Origin: Atractiella rhizophila
Taxonomy: Eukaryota
Assembly (NCBI GenBank): GCA_021432655.1
Contig: MU271248.1
Location: 9,176-73,175, forward strand
DNA: 64,000 bases
Reading direction: 5' to 3'
Of this stretch, positions 1-13,623 are shown in pieces. Positions within the stretch are counted from its first letter, which is position 1. Each line of letters opens with the position of its first letter. The notes beneath the pieces are model-generated. The model was not told the DNA's origin and did not search any database. It saw nothing but the letters and a program-made list of their open reading frames with translations. Position numbers and translations under genes: made by a program.

Positions 1-531
1 TCTACTGAGGGCAAGATCAAAGAACCCTACGGTCATGTCCTTGATCAAACAGGAGGCGGGGCCATGGAGGCTCTGAAGAGCTATCTTGCTGGCGACGCCA
101 GAGGAGCTTTAGAGACTATGAAACAGATCACCATGATGGCAGAGAAGGCAGATAAGGCGCACGAGGCAACGATCAAAAACAATACATCTCCTGCTGACGT
201 ATTCCCCCCCCCCTTAAACGAAAGCCGTGATTGACAGGTGTGAAAGGTAATCATGTTTAGCGGCTGCAGGGACGATCAGACGAGCGCGGATACCCAGGTT
301 CAAGGAGAGGCTACTGGAGCTATGAGGTTCGTGTTCCACAGCTCGTTCTTTCTCACAGAGCTCAACAAGGGGAACAGCTACGCATTCATTGCCAGTTTGA
401 CCAAGTATCCCCAACAGAGCTACTTGCAATTGCTCAAGACGATCAGGGAGGAACTCAAGGAGAAGTATAGTCAGAAGCCTCAGCTTTCGGCTTGTCATCC
501 AATCGACACAGATTTGTTGTTCATCATGTGA
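1..531 (+). CDS. MCA1: Metacaspase, C-terminal part (5' end outside window)
   Basis: Spliced translation STEGKIKEP...[21 protein letters not shown]...ATGAMSYAFI...[21 protein letters not shown] matches the type I metacaspase p10 region. Two GT-AG introns. Confidence 0.93.
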
Positions 532-721
532 TTCCAGAGTTCGATAGGGTTTACAATTGGGTAATTGAACGTAGAAATGCAATAATATAGAGATCCTTGC
601 GCTAAACAGAGAGCCAGTGACAGCAGGTTATTCTGCTCAAAACGAGGGATGGCTGCGTAATAGCATGCCCTTTTACGCTAATGTGAGTAAAGTAAGGAAG
701 CCTGCTGGGTGAAAAGCTCAC

Positions 722-1252
722 TCATTCGAAAACAAGTTTAGGGAGGTAAAGATTTTTTATGTTGTCACAACTGAATTCGGCCGTAGTCGTCGTCGTACTC
801 ATAGAGATGGAACTCCATAAGCTGTCGCTCTGGTACCCGCTGGGAGCAGTAATGGAAACAGCTCCAGTACCGCTAGCCCCGACAGTGATAGGACAGGTGG
901 GACTGACGGCTCCACAATTGCACCAGTCGCCATAGCAGAAACCTCGCCGAATCCCAATCCCGTTCGGAAGAGCGACTTCAGCACAAGTAGCGGCGTCCTG
1001 ATGGAGGTTCAGAGCGTGAATGCACACAAGAGGATGACGAACCACAACTGTGTATGTCGCCTTGGTCTTTCCAACTGGGAAGCGGATCCCCTGAGTCGCT
1101 AAAGCCCAGCAGCCGTCTTCATGAGGGATAACGTTTCCGTTCGCGGTATCCCAGACAAGAGTGTCGGGGCAGTTTCCACGTTTGACTTTCTCAAAGTCGG
1201 ATGCGGAAGCCAGAAGGGCGAGGGCAGAGATGATGACAGATTTAGCGAGCAT
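722..1252 (-). CDS. Small secreted cysteine-rich protein (signal peptide plus Kex2-type KR site)
   Basis: Hydrophobic leader MLAKSVIISALALLASA, then SDFEKVKR|GNCP. Probable in-frame 45-nt intron 998-1042 (GTTCGT...CTGAAC...CAG); removing it leaves 8 Cys. TATAAA about 80 nt upstream. Confidence 0.8.
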   Translation of the reverse strand: MLAKSVIISALALLASASDFEKVKRGNCPDTLVWDTANGNVIPHEDGCWALATQGIRFPVGKTKATYTVVVRHPLVCIHALNLHQDAATCAEVALPNGIGIRRGFCYGDWCNCGAVSPTCPITVGASGTGAVSITAPSGYQSDSLWSSISMSTTTTTAEFSCDNIKNLYLPKLVFE

Positions 1253-2742
1253 TTTCCCGTCAGCGACTTAGAGATGAAGGAAAGAGATTAAACTACTTGT
1301 TGCCTCATGCAGAAAATCCTGCTGGCTTTATAAGAAATGGAGGGGTCATGGCGGGGCCGTTCGAGGAAGTTCCCTTTACAAATCGATCAGGTTAGATATC
1401 TCCCCAACCACAGACGGGATGTCATGTTGACAATATCTTGTTCCTCCCCTTTGACAACACTCCTGATACAAATTAAAGAAGGAGAACTGAGCACGATTTT
1501 CCAACAAGGCAGCCACACATGTTCATATCTACATGCTCGTTTAAGCACAGTGAACAGGGTGGACTGTATGATTTAGGCTAGCGAGATATGAACCTCCCCT
1601 TTGCTAGATATCGTCAATCCTTTTCGGATGTGATCAAGCGGGTGACGAGGATATATGTAGGTAGCGACAGAGTCCTCCTTCCTCTGCATCACCATATTTG
1701 TCCTGGTCAGACAACATGACGTACATCCAAGCACCTAAGGCCCGATAGGCTCAAATATCAGAAAGGATCCTTGGTGTGTGCAATCAGAAAAGGTGAAGTG
1801 TGGCAGCAGGCGGTGAGACGTGGATTTGGACCGGTCCTACTACCAGTCTCGAGACATGACGCAAAAAAGCATGCCCGTTCCATTCTTTGCTTTGAAGAGA
1901 TGCTCTCAAGAAAGAAGAGGAAGTTAAAACCTTCAGGAAATTTAGCAAACGCCCTCCCAATGATACTCCAAAGCAATAAACTTTGTGAACGACTTGCTTT
2001 CTGGTGTTCGGAAAAACATGTACCTCACCTAGGCGAAGCAGAACATTCCACTATGCTTGTAGGCTTGATAAATATGCCGCATTGTATGGATTTTAGGTGC
2101 CAAGTTGCCACTTCAAAATCGCGCACATCAAAACTAAGTACATGACCTTTCATGATCAATGTTCAACTTTCCACAGTCACCATCAAGTTTTCAGGACTTC
2201 ATGGTCCAACCGTCACGGGTGGAAGAAAACAGTCCAAGCCGTTAAAGTGAAAGCGAGAACTTGAAAGACGAAAGGTGTAAACTACCTATCCGGAAACAAA
2301 ACACATCTTCTCTTTCTCCTGCCTCAGTTGATGCGCTACAATGTCTTGGTACATTGCCCTGAAATCGTCAAAACTTCCTTTGGGATTTCCGATAACTTCG
2401 TTGTTTTGGCTCGCGAGAAGGAGAACAAGAACATAACATGATTCACAGGTTTGATGTTGCCTGGTGACGTAACAGGGATCAGCTCCACGGCTTTCCGGCA
2501 ATTATAGAGCTACAAAATCGCCACCAGAAACTCACGACATCCACAACGATAGGCCACTAACAGCCTCAGGTCTGTAGCGAGCAGGCAATAAACACATAGC
2601 AGAAGACATATCAACGGGAACAAGGTGCGAGATCGTTAGTTCCTCGTGTTACACTACTGGGATTGGTTGGTGTTTTCGTTGGACGTCCTTCGAAGCTCGC
2701 TTTTCAATAAACAGCCCGGGCTGCACTCTCTCCCTCTTCAAA

Positions 2743-4947
2743 ATGACCACCCCGCTCGCACTCCCTCGAGGGAACACATCCTCTTCTTCCTCTGGCATTT
2801 CGACCCCTGGTTTGCCAGTTGGAACAACAGAAATCGTCTCTTCTGACAACATGGACGACTCCGACACTCCCTACCAGCAGGGAACAACAAAGATAACTCA
2901 TCTGGGAGCTTCCAGGGTGACCCATGAAGTACAGGAGGACGGGTCGCTCTATATTCGTCCACTGGACGCAAAGATACCTTCTAAAGCATCTGCAAGGGGC
3001 CAAAAAGTCAAGGTCAAGCATGTCATCACCTTCCAACCGAGATTCTCCGCTTTCGATAGGTTCAATCCTAACTCTCAAGTCGACCCTTTCAGAGGCTTCT
3101 ACACTCTCTTTTGGATTTTCCTTCTCATTCAAGGTCTACGAACGTTCAGGAACGGTGAACCCCTCAGTCTGGAGGGGTGGAAGTTTTGGTCTTTGATCAG
3201 CGCAGACGCCTTGCATTTGGCTATCAGCGATGGTCTTATGGTTGGTAGCACGCTGTTATGTGTGCCATTCATGAAGGTGAGCTTCTGCTTCTGCTGTTCA
3301 CCACGGTTACGTATTGGGTGAGCAGATGATAGAGAAAGGCTGGCTGCGTTATTACTGGACAGGAAACATCATACAACATTTTTGGCAGGCCGCTTTTGTA
3401 GGAGTTGCCATTCTGTGGACCTTCAAGAGGTGTGCCAACAACTTGGAATTTGAACGTCAGCTGATGTAAGCCAGGAACTGGTACTGGGTCCAATCGGGAT
3501 TCCTGACTCTTCACACCATCGCAATGTTGATGAAGATCCACTCTTACCTTGCCGTCAACGGTCTGATGTCTTCGAAGAAGATATCGTTGGACAAAAAGCG
3601 CGCCAAGTTGGAGCAAGTGGTCGAAGAACTCGGTGGCACGGCTGTCGTCGGGCGAACAGCGAGAGTTGAGGTGGAAAAATATTTGAGGGAGGAGGAGATG
3701 ATGAAGCGACTGCAAGCTGCGACGGAGTCCAAACCCACGAATACTGATCGGGACGAGGAGGAACGACGACGAGAATCCTCCGCGGAGGTCCCGCCGTGCC
3801 AACCAAGTCGAAGAGTGCTCCAGGACCAGTCAGCATTGATGCCACCATGCACCAACGTCGGCGAACCACGTCCTCTTCTCTTCGTTCTCCTCTTACCGCG
3901 GGACATAAACTTGAGCCTGATCTTCCGACCGCTTCTCTCGAGCTCCTTTCTTGGCATCCTGACGAGAGCCTTTCCAAGCTGGCGAATGAAGCAATTGATT
4001 TGGAAGAAGCTCTCACTAGTGATGGAGTGAAGAAGGTTCGATGGCCCGCGAACATTACAATGCTCAATTTTGTCGACTACCTGCTCGTCCCAACCTTAGT
4101 TTACGAACTAGAGTATCCCAGGACAAACCGGTTCGTCGTCTCCCCTTAGACATCTGTTAATCAAACCTGATGGGGAGATAGAATTCGACCTGTTTATGTT
4201 TTTGAAAAGGTCCTTGCGACGTTCGGAACCTTTTCGCTCATTATCATGATCACTGAATTTTACATTTATCCCATCGCTCCATCTCCTGGAGAATACAAAT
4301 CTTTTATAGATGTCGCTCTCGATCTAGCCATTCCTTTTATGGTACAATACCTTCTCATTTTCTACATCATTTTCGAGTGCATCTGCAATGCTTTTGCTGA
4401 GGTTTGTCAAGTTCCCTCACTGTCAGCATTCGAGACTGATGGATGGACGAAGTTGACGATGTTTGCGGACCGAGAGTTCTATCAAGACTGGTGGAACTCA
4501 GTGACGTGGGACCAATTCGCGCGTCGATGGAACAAACCGGTGCACTCCTTCCTCATGAAGCACGTCTACGCCTCCACTCGTTCTACGTACGGCATCTCTC
4601 GAGGTTCGGCGGCTTTCGTCACCTTTTTCTTATCCGCTTGTTTCCACGAACTCGTCATGGCCGTCGTCACGAAGAAGATTAGGATGTACCTGTTCTTCAT
4701 GCAGATGGCCCAGTTACCCCTCATTGCTATGGGTAGGATAAAGCTCATGAGGGAGAATCCGGCTTTGGGGAATGTGAGCCCCTTTCCTGCACTCCTTACG
4801 TTGTGGGTTTGAATTGATGCCTGGATGTTTCAGATCACGTTCTGGTTCGGCCTGCTTAGCGGATTCCCTCTCCTTGCCGTTTGGTGCGTGATCGTTCATA
4901 TTCTCCGAAGCGTAGCTGATCACAGTAACAGCTACCTTGTCTTCTAA
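2743..4947 (+). CDS. ARE2: Sterol O-acyltransferase (MBOAT, ARE1/ARE2 family)
   Basis: Motifs FRGFYTLFW, MLMKIHSY, WPANIT..NF.DYLL.PTLVYELEYPRT, FADREFYQDWWNS, WNKPVHSFL and SACFHEL (catalytic His). Multi-exon. Unexplained frame change near 3750-3900. Confidence 0.92.
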
Positions 4948-5350
4948 TTATCATCTACTCAGTTGCGTTTAACACTTCCTTGTGGATGCTTTAAATCAGT
5001 TCTATTCTCCGTAGAAGTGCTGTGTAGAGTGTACGGTAGTGTCAATGTGATCACCCAACATTGCTCTGAGCGAAAGCTCTCCCTGTTCGTATGTGCGTGA
5101 GTATATGAGAATATGCTCTTCAGCATGACGATTAGAGTGACGACACAAAAGCAAGGTTCAAGGTCAAAGCGGAAGGTGTCATGGATTTGTCAACTGAGTA
5201 TGAAACTCGTGACCAGAAACGACTCAGTCGCAAAGAACGGCCAACTGTCCAGGGATCAGCACTCAACTCACCTTGCGACAGGAGACACAGCAGCCCTCTG
5301 AGGCGTCACACCAACCGCTGATACCCTCCAATCCACCCCGCTCACCCGCC

Positions 5351-8300
5351 ATGTCGACACCGCCGCCACTCTCGCCCTCCCCCATTCCGCCCTCGCCCAT
5401 ATTCCCCCCTTCCAACGATCTCAGGAGAGCAGATCTCCAGCAAGACCCTAACGAACTCAGTTTACCAGACGGAATCAAGAGGGACAGGGCAAACTCGAAT
5501 CATCTTGGCGGAGGAAGTAATGACGGTCACGATCATTTCGGGGGATCTGGTAGGACCTCCCCTAGGCTGCCAAGTAACTTTCAGAGTCCTATCCCGAGAG
5601 CGAACTCGAACGGAAGTCAGTCATTCCACGATATGCAATTAGGGTCAGATTGGGGTGGATCGACTGATGACGGTGAGCGAAAGGTGGTTGCTGGGTATTC
5701 GGGTGGGAGGACGATTACCGTGCCCTCCCCAACTCGAAAGGGCTCAGTACTCCCTCAGCTAGACACCGGATCCATCCAAACAGCGCCATCTCTGGTTTCC
5801 TCGAAACCACTTAGTCCGATGCCGCACCGTCAGGGATCCGGATCCTCTGTTGCTCCCTCCCAAATCTCCACAACTCGATCCCCTCCTCCCTCCGACACAG
5901 GACCTACCCCATCTGGATCTATGGGCCCTCCTTCGACTTCGACATCTACTCAGCCCACTCAGATATGTGCAAAGTGTGAACAGCCGATGCAAGGACAATT
6001 TGTGAGGGCTCTGGGGACAGTGTATCACCTTGATTGCTTCAGGTGTCAGGTGCGTCATCTCTCTTCCTCGGTACACAGAAGATTGGTGAACGAACGACAA
6101 TATACTTGGGGTAGGACTGCAACAAAGTCGTCGCTGCCAAGTTTTTTCCGATCGATGGCCCAGAAGGAAAGCAATACCCGCTCTGCGAGACCGACTACTT
6201 TCGGAGACTCAATCTTCTATGCGCAAAGTGCGGCGGAGCTCTTCGAGGAAGTTATATCACTGCTTTGGGTACGTCCATTGCACAGCTGAAGAGTGGCGCA
6301 ACTGACTGGTGTACGTCGAGCAGATATGAAGTTCCATGTCGAACACTTTACTTGCTCCATCTGTCCCACCGTCTTTGGACCTCAGGACTCTTACTACGAA
6401 CACGACGGTGCCGTCTACTGTCACTTCCACTACTCCACCAGATTCGCCGTACAATGCACGGGCTGCAAGACTGCCATCCTCAAACAGTTCGTGGAGATCA
6501 ACCGCAACAGCGTGGATGAGCATTGGCACCCAGAATGTTACATGATCCACAAGGTCCGTCCTCTGTCGTTTTCCGCCTCCGCTTTCCGTGGCATGAGGCT
6601 GACTCATCCCCATGCAGTTTTGGAATATCAAACTCCATCCCCCTTCACCCTCCACACCTTCAACACCTGCGATCAAAGAGAGGGGAGAGACTAAGGATGA
6701 AGGGAGCGTCTCGGAGAGCACCATGGATGGTAGTTTGGCCAGCCTGGTTACGGCGGAGACGTCACAGTCGATCGGCCCTGAAGTGCCGGGATACATCCTT
6801 CAGGAAGAACGGGAGACACCGCAGTCGTTGAGGGAGAAACAGAAGCAGATGGAGGAGCAAGTTTACCGAATCTGGACTGTTCTATCTACGTTTGAAGAAT
6901 CCAGCGCGGCCTGCATCTCAGAGATGTTAAGGCGGGTCAGCAACGGTCATTATTTGGACGGGGTGGGAATGGCGGAGAAGTTCGTTTTGCATGTTGAGAC
7001 TCTCTTCTCGACACTCGACGATATTGGTGTGCAGTTTAGAGCTGTGAACGCCAAAGGCAAGCCGTTGGTTTGCACATCCTTTAAGTGAAAGCTGATGTAG
7101 GAATAGAAATTTCCCACGTTCGCGAGGCCCGAATGCTCTGCAAGAAGATCGTCAACTTCTTCTCCCTCCTCTCTCACACCCAAGAGACTGGTGCGCGGAA
7201 GATGGCCATCACCCAAGAACTGTTGTCCCTCGTTACCGGTCTCGCCCACTATCTCAAAATTCTGATCCGTATAGGCTTGACATCGGCTCTCAAGCTCGAC
7301 AGGGACTATGGGAACAAGAATGCCATGGTTCAATTCCTCGGGAAGCTTGAACGATTGGTGCGCGACCCCGACGTCCTGAAAACTTCGATCGGACAGCCAA
7401 ACGGTCAACGAGCGGTCGCTGAAAACGGAAAGCAGGTTCGGCCCTACGGCTACAAGAGCTTAAGTCGGGCTGTGGGGACGCTGGTTGGGCAGGGAGAAGC
7501 GACGACGGATCTTTGTGAAAGGTGCAAGATTACAGTTGAGGAAGAATGTGCGAGGTTTGGAACGAGCTTGCGCTGGCATTTCTCCTGTTTGCGGTGTGCA
7601 ACTTGTGGGAAAGTCGCTCATAAGGACAAAGAACCGCCTTCCCCTCCAGAAGGTCAAGCCCCATTCGTCTATGTCCGCACTTTCTTCATCGAGTTTGTGA
7701 CACCCGAACCAAAGGAGGGACGACCTCCGCAAAAAGGCCCACCGAAACCGAAACCTGGGCGAACATTCTGCTCCAATTGTGCGATGGAAGGCTTGCGAAG
7801 TGGATTTGAGGCCGTCACTCGTTTGGAACAGTTCGCCTTCCTGCTTTGTGTCGCTTTGAACAAACTCTACGCATTGCTCAAACAAAAGGGTGTTGTTCCT
7901 GCCTCGCCAAGTGGGTATCCCATTGTTGTAATTTCTCAGCTAATCAGGTGAACAGCATCCCCCAACTTTGAACCTTCGCAACATCCTCCGGAAGAAGTTT
8001 CGCTGTACGACTCGTATCGCCATTCGACCGATATCAAGCGGATGAAGTCTGTTCACTTGGACCGGAAGATTTCCGCAACTGCCAAACTACCAAAACGTTC
8101 GACAGTGGTCGAGAGCCCTTCGGGCCGTACAGCACAAACTAACGCTCCTGGCACGGCTGCTCCCGAGTCTCGTCAATATCCTACACCAGGAGGTGACCCT
8201 CCAGCAGCACTTCGACCGACTCCATCCGATCGACAGCTTTCAAATCAACCTAGAAATGCGCACCTTGTACCTGACAACCAAGGTCAACCTCGTCCCACCT

Positions 8301-9985
8301 TTTCTCGGAGTACTACAGCTGTTCGGGTCATCGATGATCAAGGATTGGATCAACCTCCGATCCAAGTCCAACAACCACCTCGCGAGCCTGCTATCCCTGA
8401 ACCGGGTCATGCAGCTGAAGCTGCCATCACTTTGGCCGACTTGACAGAGGTGATGCAGGCTGAACAGGCTCGAGCTCAACGGAGAAGCGCGCGTCCTCAG
8501 GGAGGTTTCATTCTATTATCTGAGTTGCCCGCTCTCGAATATTTCATCGTCAAACACATCGCGGCGCTCGCTTTGTCTCAAGAACAAGTGTTACGGGACG
8601 AGACGAACTTGGATGAGCTGCTGGATGTCATCGAGGCGAGGAAGAATAATTTCTGGAACAAGCTTTTCAAAGGCGGGAACGAAAAACGTGGCGCGGCCAA
8701 TAAGAAGAAAGGTACACCGACCAGTTTACTGTCCAATCCCCGGATGGCTAACCCCCGGTCAGGTGTTTTCGGCGTTCCTCTGGAAGCGTTGGTCGAACGC
8801 AACGGAGTGGACTCGATGCATGGTGCTGGTCCAGCCCCAGTACGGGTTCCGAGTTTCGTAGACGATTGCATTTCTGCCATGAAACAGATGGGTGCGTGAG
8901 CTTTTGTACGTTGACTACGCTGACCATCTTGTTACAGACATGTCAGTCGAGGGTATCTTCAGGAAAAATGGAAACATAAAACGTCTGAGGGAGCTCTCAG
9001 AAGCGTTGGATAAGGACCTGAACGTCTCTCTATCGGAGGATAATCCGGTTCAACTCGCAGCTTTGCTGAAGAAATTCCTTCGCGAGATGCCAGATCCGTT
9101 AATACCCTTCAAACTCTACCACTTGTTTATTGCTACTCAACGTGAGTCGCTTGTTCCTGTTAGGTACTTCCTCATCTTGGATTGATCAGGCGTGCCCGAC
9201 GAGATGGAAAGGCGACGATTGCTTCATCTAACCTGCTGTCTAATGCCAAAAGTCAACCGTGATACCATGGAAGTCGTCTTTGTTTTCTTAAAATGGGTTG
9301 CTTCTTTCTCCCACGTCGACGAAGAAACGGGAAGTAAAATGGACCTGCAAAACCTGGCAACAGTTGTTTGCCCCAATATTCTCTACTCGGGCAACAAAGA
9401 TCCGTCAAAGGACGAAAGCTTCTTGGCTATTAGGGCAACTCATGAGCTGTTAGAATTCCAAGACGAATTCTGGCTGGTATGTAGTCTCAATCACTTCACT
9501 GAATATTAAGTATGACACATAAAATGTAGGTCCCCGAAGAATTTGAACCAATTTTAAAGGATCCTGATCTCCTCTCCAATCCTTCGGAGTTGGCAACGAA
9601 GGATATTCTCAGACGATGCGAAAACCATTATCGAACGCGGGATCGCGCCCCTCGAGCACACTTTACTGGGCCACGTCAGAAGCAACATGGTTCATACGAT
9701 TCTCAGCCCCATCGTCCAGAGATCCATCATGGCATTAGCGCTACAGGTATGCACGGGGAACTTCCACGGTCCCCTCCTATGTCTCCCCCTATGCACGAGA
9801 GACCACTGAGCTGGAACGCTAACACCCCCCGAATGCAACCTCAGCAATCGATGCATGTGATGCAGCAGAATAATCACAGCCACCATCCATCGCAAGGTGG
9901 AGATGGAAGAAGAGATCCTAATGGACCAAGCAGCCCGCGGTTGATCGATCAGAGAGGGAACGGTTATGCTACTCCATCGCGATGA
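5351..9985 (+). CDS. LIM-domain Rho GTPase-activating protein (Lrg1/Rga1-like)
   Basis: LIM domains (CAKC...VRALGTVYHLDCFRC; FHVEHFTCSIC...YCHFHY; CTGC...WHPEC) and a RhoGAP domain (GVFGVPLE, MSVEGIFRKNGN, VQLAALLKKFLREMPDPL, KMDLQNLATV). Start ATG uncertain. Confidence 0.93.
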
Positions 9986-10358
9986 TATTTATTCATTTCA
10001 TTCAAGTCAAATTCTTGTTTATTCGTCTTTCGAGTTGTGAATTGTTAGAATGCTTCGACTTCGCCTCATTTGTGCATGGATTCGATCCGATCTTTATTCC
10101 CCTTTCTTACTACATATGCCTGTGTCGTCCTCACCAATGATATGATGGCGGAATGTTGGAAGACAATTGTGTTGCTTTGCCGCCTCTGTACTCTACCCGA
10201 GAGAGATCCCTTGAATGATTTCATTTGCTGTTGGATTTTGCTGTTTCGACTTCTTCGAGCCTCGACCCAACTCTGCTCCTCCTTTTCCTTGACATCCGAA
10301 CTCTCATGTCCAATACCGTGTATAATGATGATACAGTGATCGAATACGAACAAAGCAC

Positions 10359-11263
10359 CTATTTCATACGTTCCTTGTAAGCGTTCCAGCATGCATCTCG
10401 ATACCTTTTAGCCTCATGTGCAATCCTGGAGGGTGAAGAATATATTCCTCTTCCGACAATCGCAACATCGCTTCCGCCTTCCATAACTTCTTGAGGAGAT
10501 CGATACTGTTGACCCATGCCGTCCCCTTTCTGGTCCAGTCCAACGCCAGGGGTCATCACAATCCAATCCTCTCCACTTGGCTCTAAGCCCTCCGTCTTCC
10601 CCATCGCGATAAATCCCATCACGAAATCCTTATTGCGTCGAGCCATCTCGACGACCTCTGCTGAATAGTCGCCCTTGGCAAGAGTTCCCGCAGAACTCAT
10701 TTCTGCGAGGAGGAGGAGGCCACGATTCAGAGGCATGCCAATGGAGGCGAGGCCTTTGACTATCCCTTCGCCTGGGACACCATGAGCGTTGGTGATATCT
10801 GCCCACGAGGCGATTTTATAGATTCCGGAAGAATATTGTAGTTTGACTGTGTTCCCTTCAAACATGCTGGAAGTCAATAAAGACTCATAAGTAAAACAAC
10901 GCAATGGAACATACCTATATCTGCAAACTTCCTGTCTTCAAAAATGAGAAAGTCGTGCTTCTTCTTCTGCTCCAAAAGATGCTGGATGAGATCAGGCGTG
11001 AAATCTTCAATGATGTCGATATGGGTCTTTATAACCATCCCACTTTAAAATATGTTTTATGTCGAGGAAACACGTGCCTTTATCATACAACAATATGGGC
11101 CTACTTCTTCTACAATTCGCAAAAACTCCGACGAAAGTGTAACATCGACTGAGACACAGAGATTTGACGATTTGCGTTCCATAAGCTTCAAGAGTTCTTT
11201 CCCTACAGACGTGGAATGTATTTCCGCACGCTGGCCATAGGTTTTCATACCAGAACTGGGCAT
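10359..11263 (-). CDS. URA3: Orotidine-5'-phosphate decarboxylase
   Basis: [81 protein letters not shown]. Two introns, the first GC-AG (11027-11077). Confidence 0.97.
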
Positions 11264-11366
11264 GGTGAACAGAGGCGTGTCGTGCAACTTGGCTGAAATT
11301 GTTCAGTCGCGTTAAATATCCGACGCTTGTCAGCGCCTTTGAATTGAACTGATCCCTTTTGAGCCG

Positions 11367-13623
11367 ATGCGTTCCTTAATAGAGGCAGTTGAGGAAAAGC
11401 GATTCATTAGAAAATCGAAGCTGCCTTCCAAGCACTTGCTTCCTGATGATTTACTCTTACAGCTACCTCAATCTGACAGCCTTATTGATCTCATCGGCGC
11501 ACATCTGGACCAGAAGCAGCTGGATATAGTTTCTTCAAAGCCATCCGTACTGCTAGAAAGCCTTAGAACGGGTAGAATTACAAGCTTGGAGGTCGTGGAA
11601 GCCTTTATTGTCAGCAGTAGCATTGCACAACAAACTGTTTGCTGTTCTCGCTCTGATAGCAATACTGTGCTGATACTACATGCAATGTGGGCAGGTCAAT
11701 TGCCTCACCGAGATTTTGTTTGATGAAGCTAGACAAAGAGCTAAAGAGCTAGACGATCTCCTGAGGACAACAGGAAAGCCTGTTGGATCATTGCATGGAT
11801 TGCCAGTCAGCGTAAAGGTAGTAGTTTTGCACTACCCGAAAGCCTCACGTTGATCAGAGCGAATTCAGGAAACTTGCAATATCAAAGGTGTTGAGACTAC
11901 TTTGGGATATGTCGGATGGATTGGTAACGCTGCAAAATTCAACTCTTTGCTAGTGGACATCCTGTTGGAACAAGGTGCCGTAAGTCACTGTATTCTGCAC
12001 TAACCGTCCTTGATATTGTACTTACAGGTGATATATTGCAAGACGAACGTCCCACAGACCATGATGACTGGAGAATCACACAATAATGTCTTCGGACCAG
12101 TCCTGAACCCTCACAATCGGACCCTGACACCTGGCGGGAGCTCGGGAGGGGAAGCTGCTCTCTTGACGATGAAGGGAAGCCTGATGGGGCTCGGCACTGA
12201 TATTGCTGGCAGCGTCAGGTACATCACATTCGCATTCACCTTTAACTCCCCAAAGGAAAGAACAGGATGCCAGCTGCATGCACAGGAATTTATGCGCTGA
12301 AACCGAGCACTCAGAGACTCTTCTCAACTTGGGGCTCAGGCACAACCGTTCCAGGTTTGTTTTTGTCTCGATTCTAGAATTCATTATCTTCATGTCCGGC
12401 CTTCGCAAACAGGCCAAGAATCGATTGCAGTAAGCTTTCGTTGTCTTGTACCAAGATGCTTCAAGATGTCTGTTTAGCCATGTTATGGGCCTATGTCAAG
12501 CTCCGTCGAAGGTATTGAGATCCTCTGTCAAGCGATTTCCGACGGCCAGCCATGGCTAGTTGACTCCAAGGCATGCAAATCTTCAATCTTCAATATTCCG
12601 ATAGTCGCTGAGCGAAGCTCAGATCATCCCTCTTCCATGGAACGCCGAGCTTGTTCGCGAAACGTCAATCCGTTCAAAGCTCACTTTCGCCGTCATGCGC
12701 GATGATGGCATTGTTATACCTCATCCGCCGGTAATTGATGCGATACACCAGACGGTCGTGAAGTTGAGAGCCGCAGGCCATGAAGTAATCGAGTGGCCGA
12801 AATTCGACTACGAACCTGTCCAGGCTGTTGCCGTAGGTTTTGAATTTGACCAGAGACTGTTCCGAAGGTAAAACTTCGTGCTGTGGGAAGGCGAAGGCTT
12901 TCGTCGCCGATGGATGCGTCAAATATCGAGCCGCATTGGAGCAAGGTCAAGAGAAGCCATTGGGACCGATATTGTTAGGTGAGATCCAACGTAAGATGTG
13001 CGTCGCGACTGATCGCCTTCAGGTCATGGAGCTATATTAGGTGATATACACACTGAGCTCTCAGTTTCGGAGCTTTGGGACCTTCACGCAGAACGAAACA
13101 AGCTGACAAACATGCACCTTGCACATTGGCAAGCTACAAAGCGATTAACAAGTGACGGGAGACCCATAGATGCCCTCATCACTCCCGCTGCAGGTATGTC
13201 CCTTCACAAGTTCATTGTGGCTTGAGCCTTGGAATCCGGCTAACCGCTTCATGTCTAGCTCATACGGCACCTCCTCACAATAACTTTACATATCTAGGCT
13301 ACACAAGTGTCTTCAATGTCTTTGACTGGCCCTCTGCGGTTTTACCAACTCCTGGTTTGGTAGATCAAACCTATTCAAAGGGCTGGAACCGTGCAGAATT
13401 TTTGGCATCTCGCAATCCGCTGAATGAGTTAGACAAGAAGAATTTGGAACTTTGTGAGAATCTCCTACTATTCCGTGCACCAGCAGCATAATTTTGGATA
13501 CGGATAGATGATCCTAAGAAATTTGCGGGTGGACCTTTCACCGTTCAAATCATTTGCCCAAGATTGCAAGAGGAGAAATTGATAGGAATAATGAAAGCAA
13601 TAGATGGCGTTTTAAATCAGTAA
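11367..13623 (+). CDS. Amidase-signature family enzyme (acetamidase-like)
   Basis: GSLHGLPVSVK, KTNVPQTMM, NPHNRTLTPGGSSGGE, GTDIAGSVR, YTSVFNVFDWP. More than 10 short introns. Divergent from URA3. Confidence 0.9.

Noticed and set aside
1..531. Functional link between the metacaspase and the MLKL-like gene
   Set aside because: They are about 49 kb apart with many unrelated genes between them.
1758..2501. Short minus-strand ORFs that might be exons of a small gene
   Set aside because: I could not build a consistent spliced model or recognise any motif.
10066..10392. Protein-like minus-strand ORF downstream of URA3
   Set aside because: URA3 already ends at its expected C-terminus, and this ORF has no supported start or splice link.
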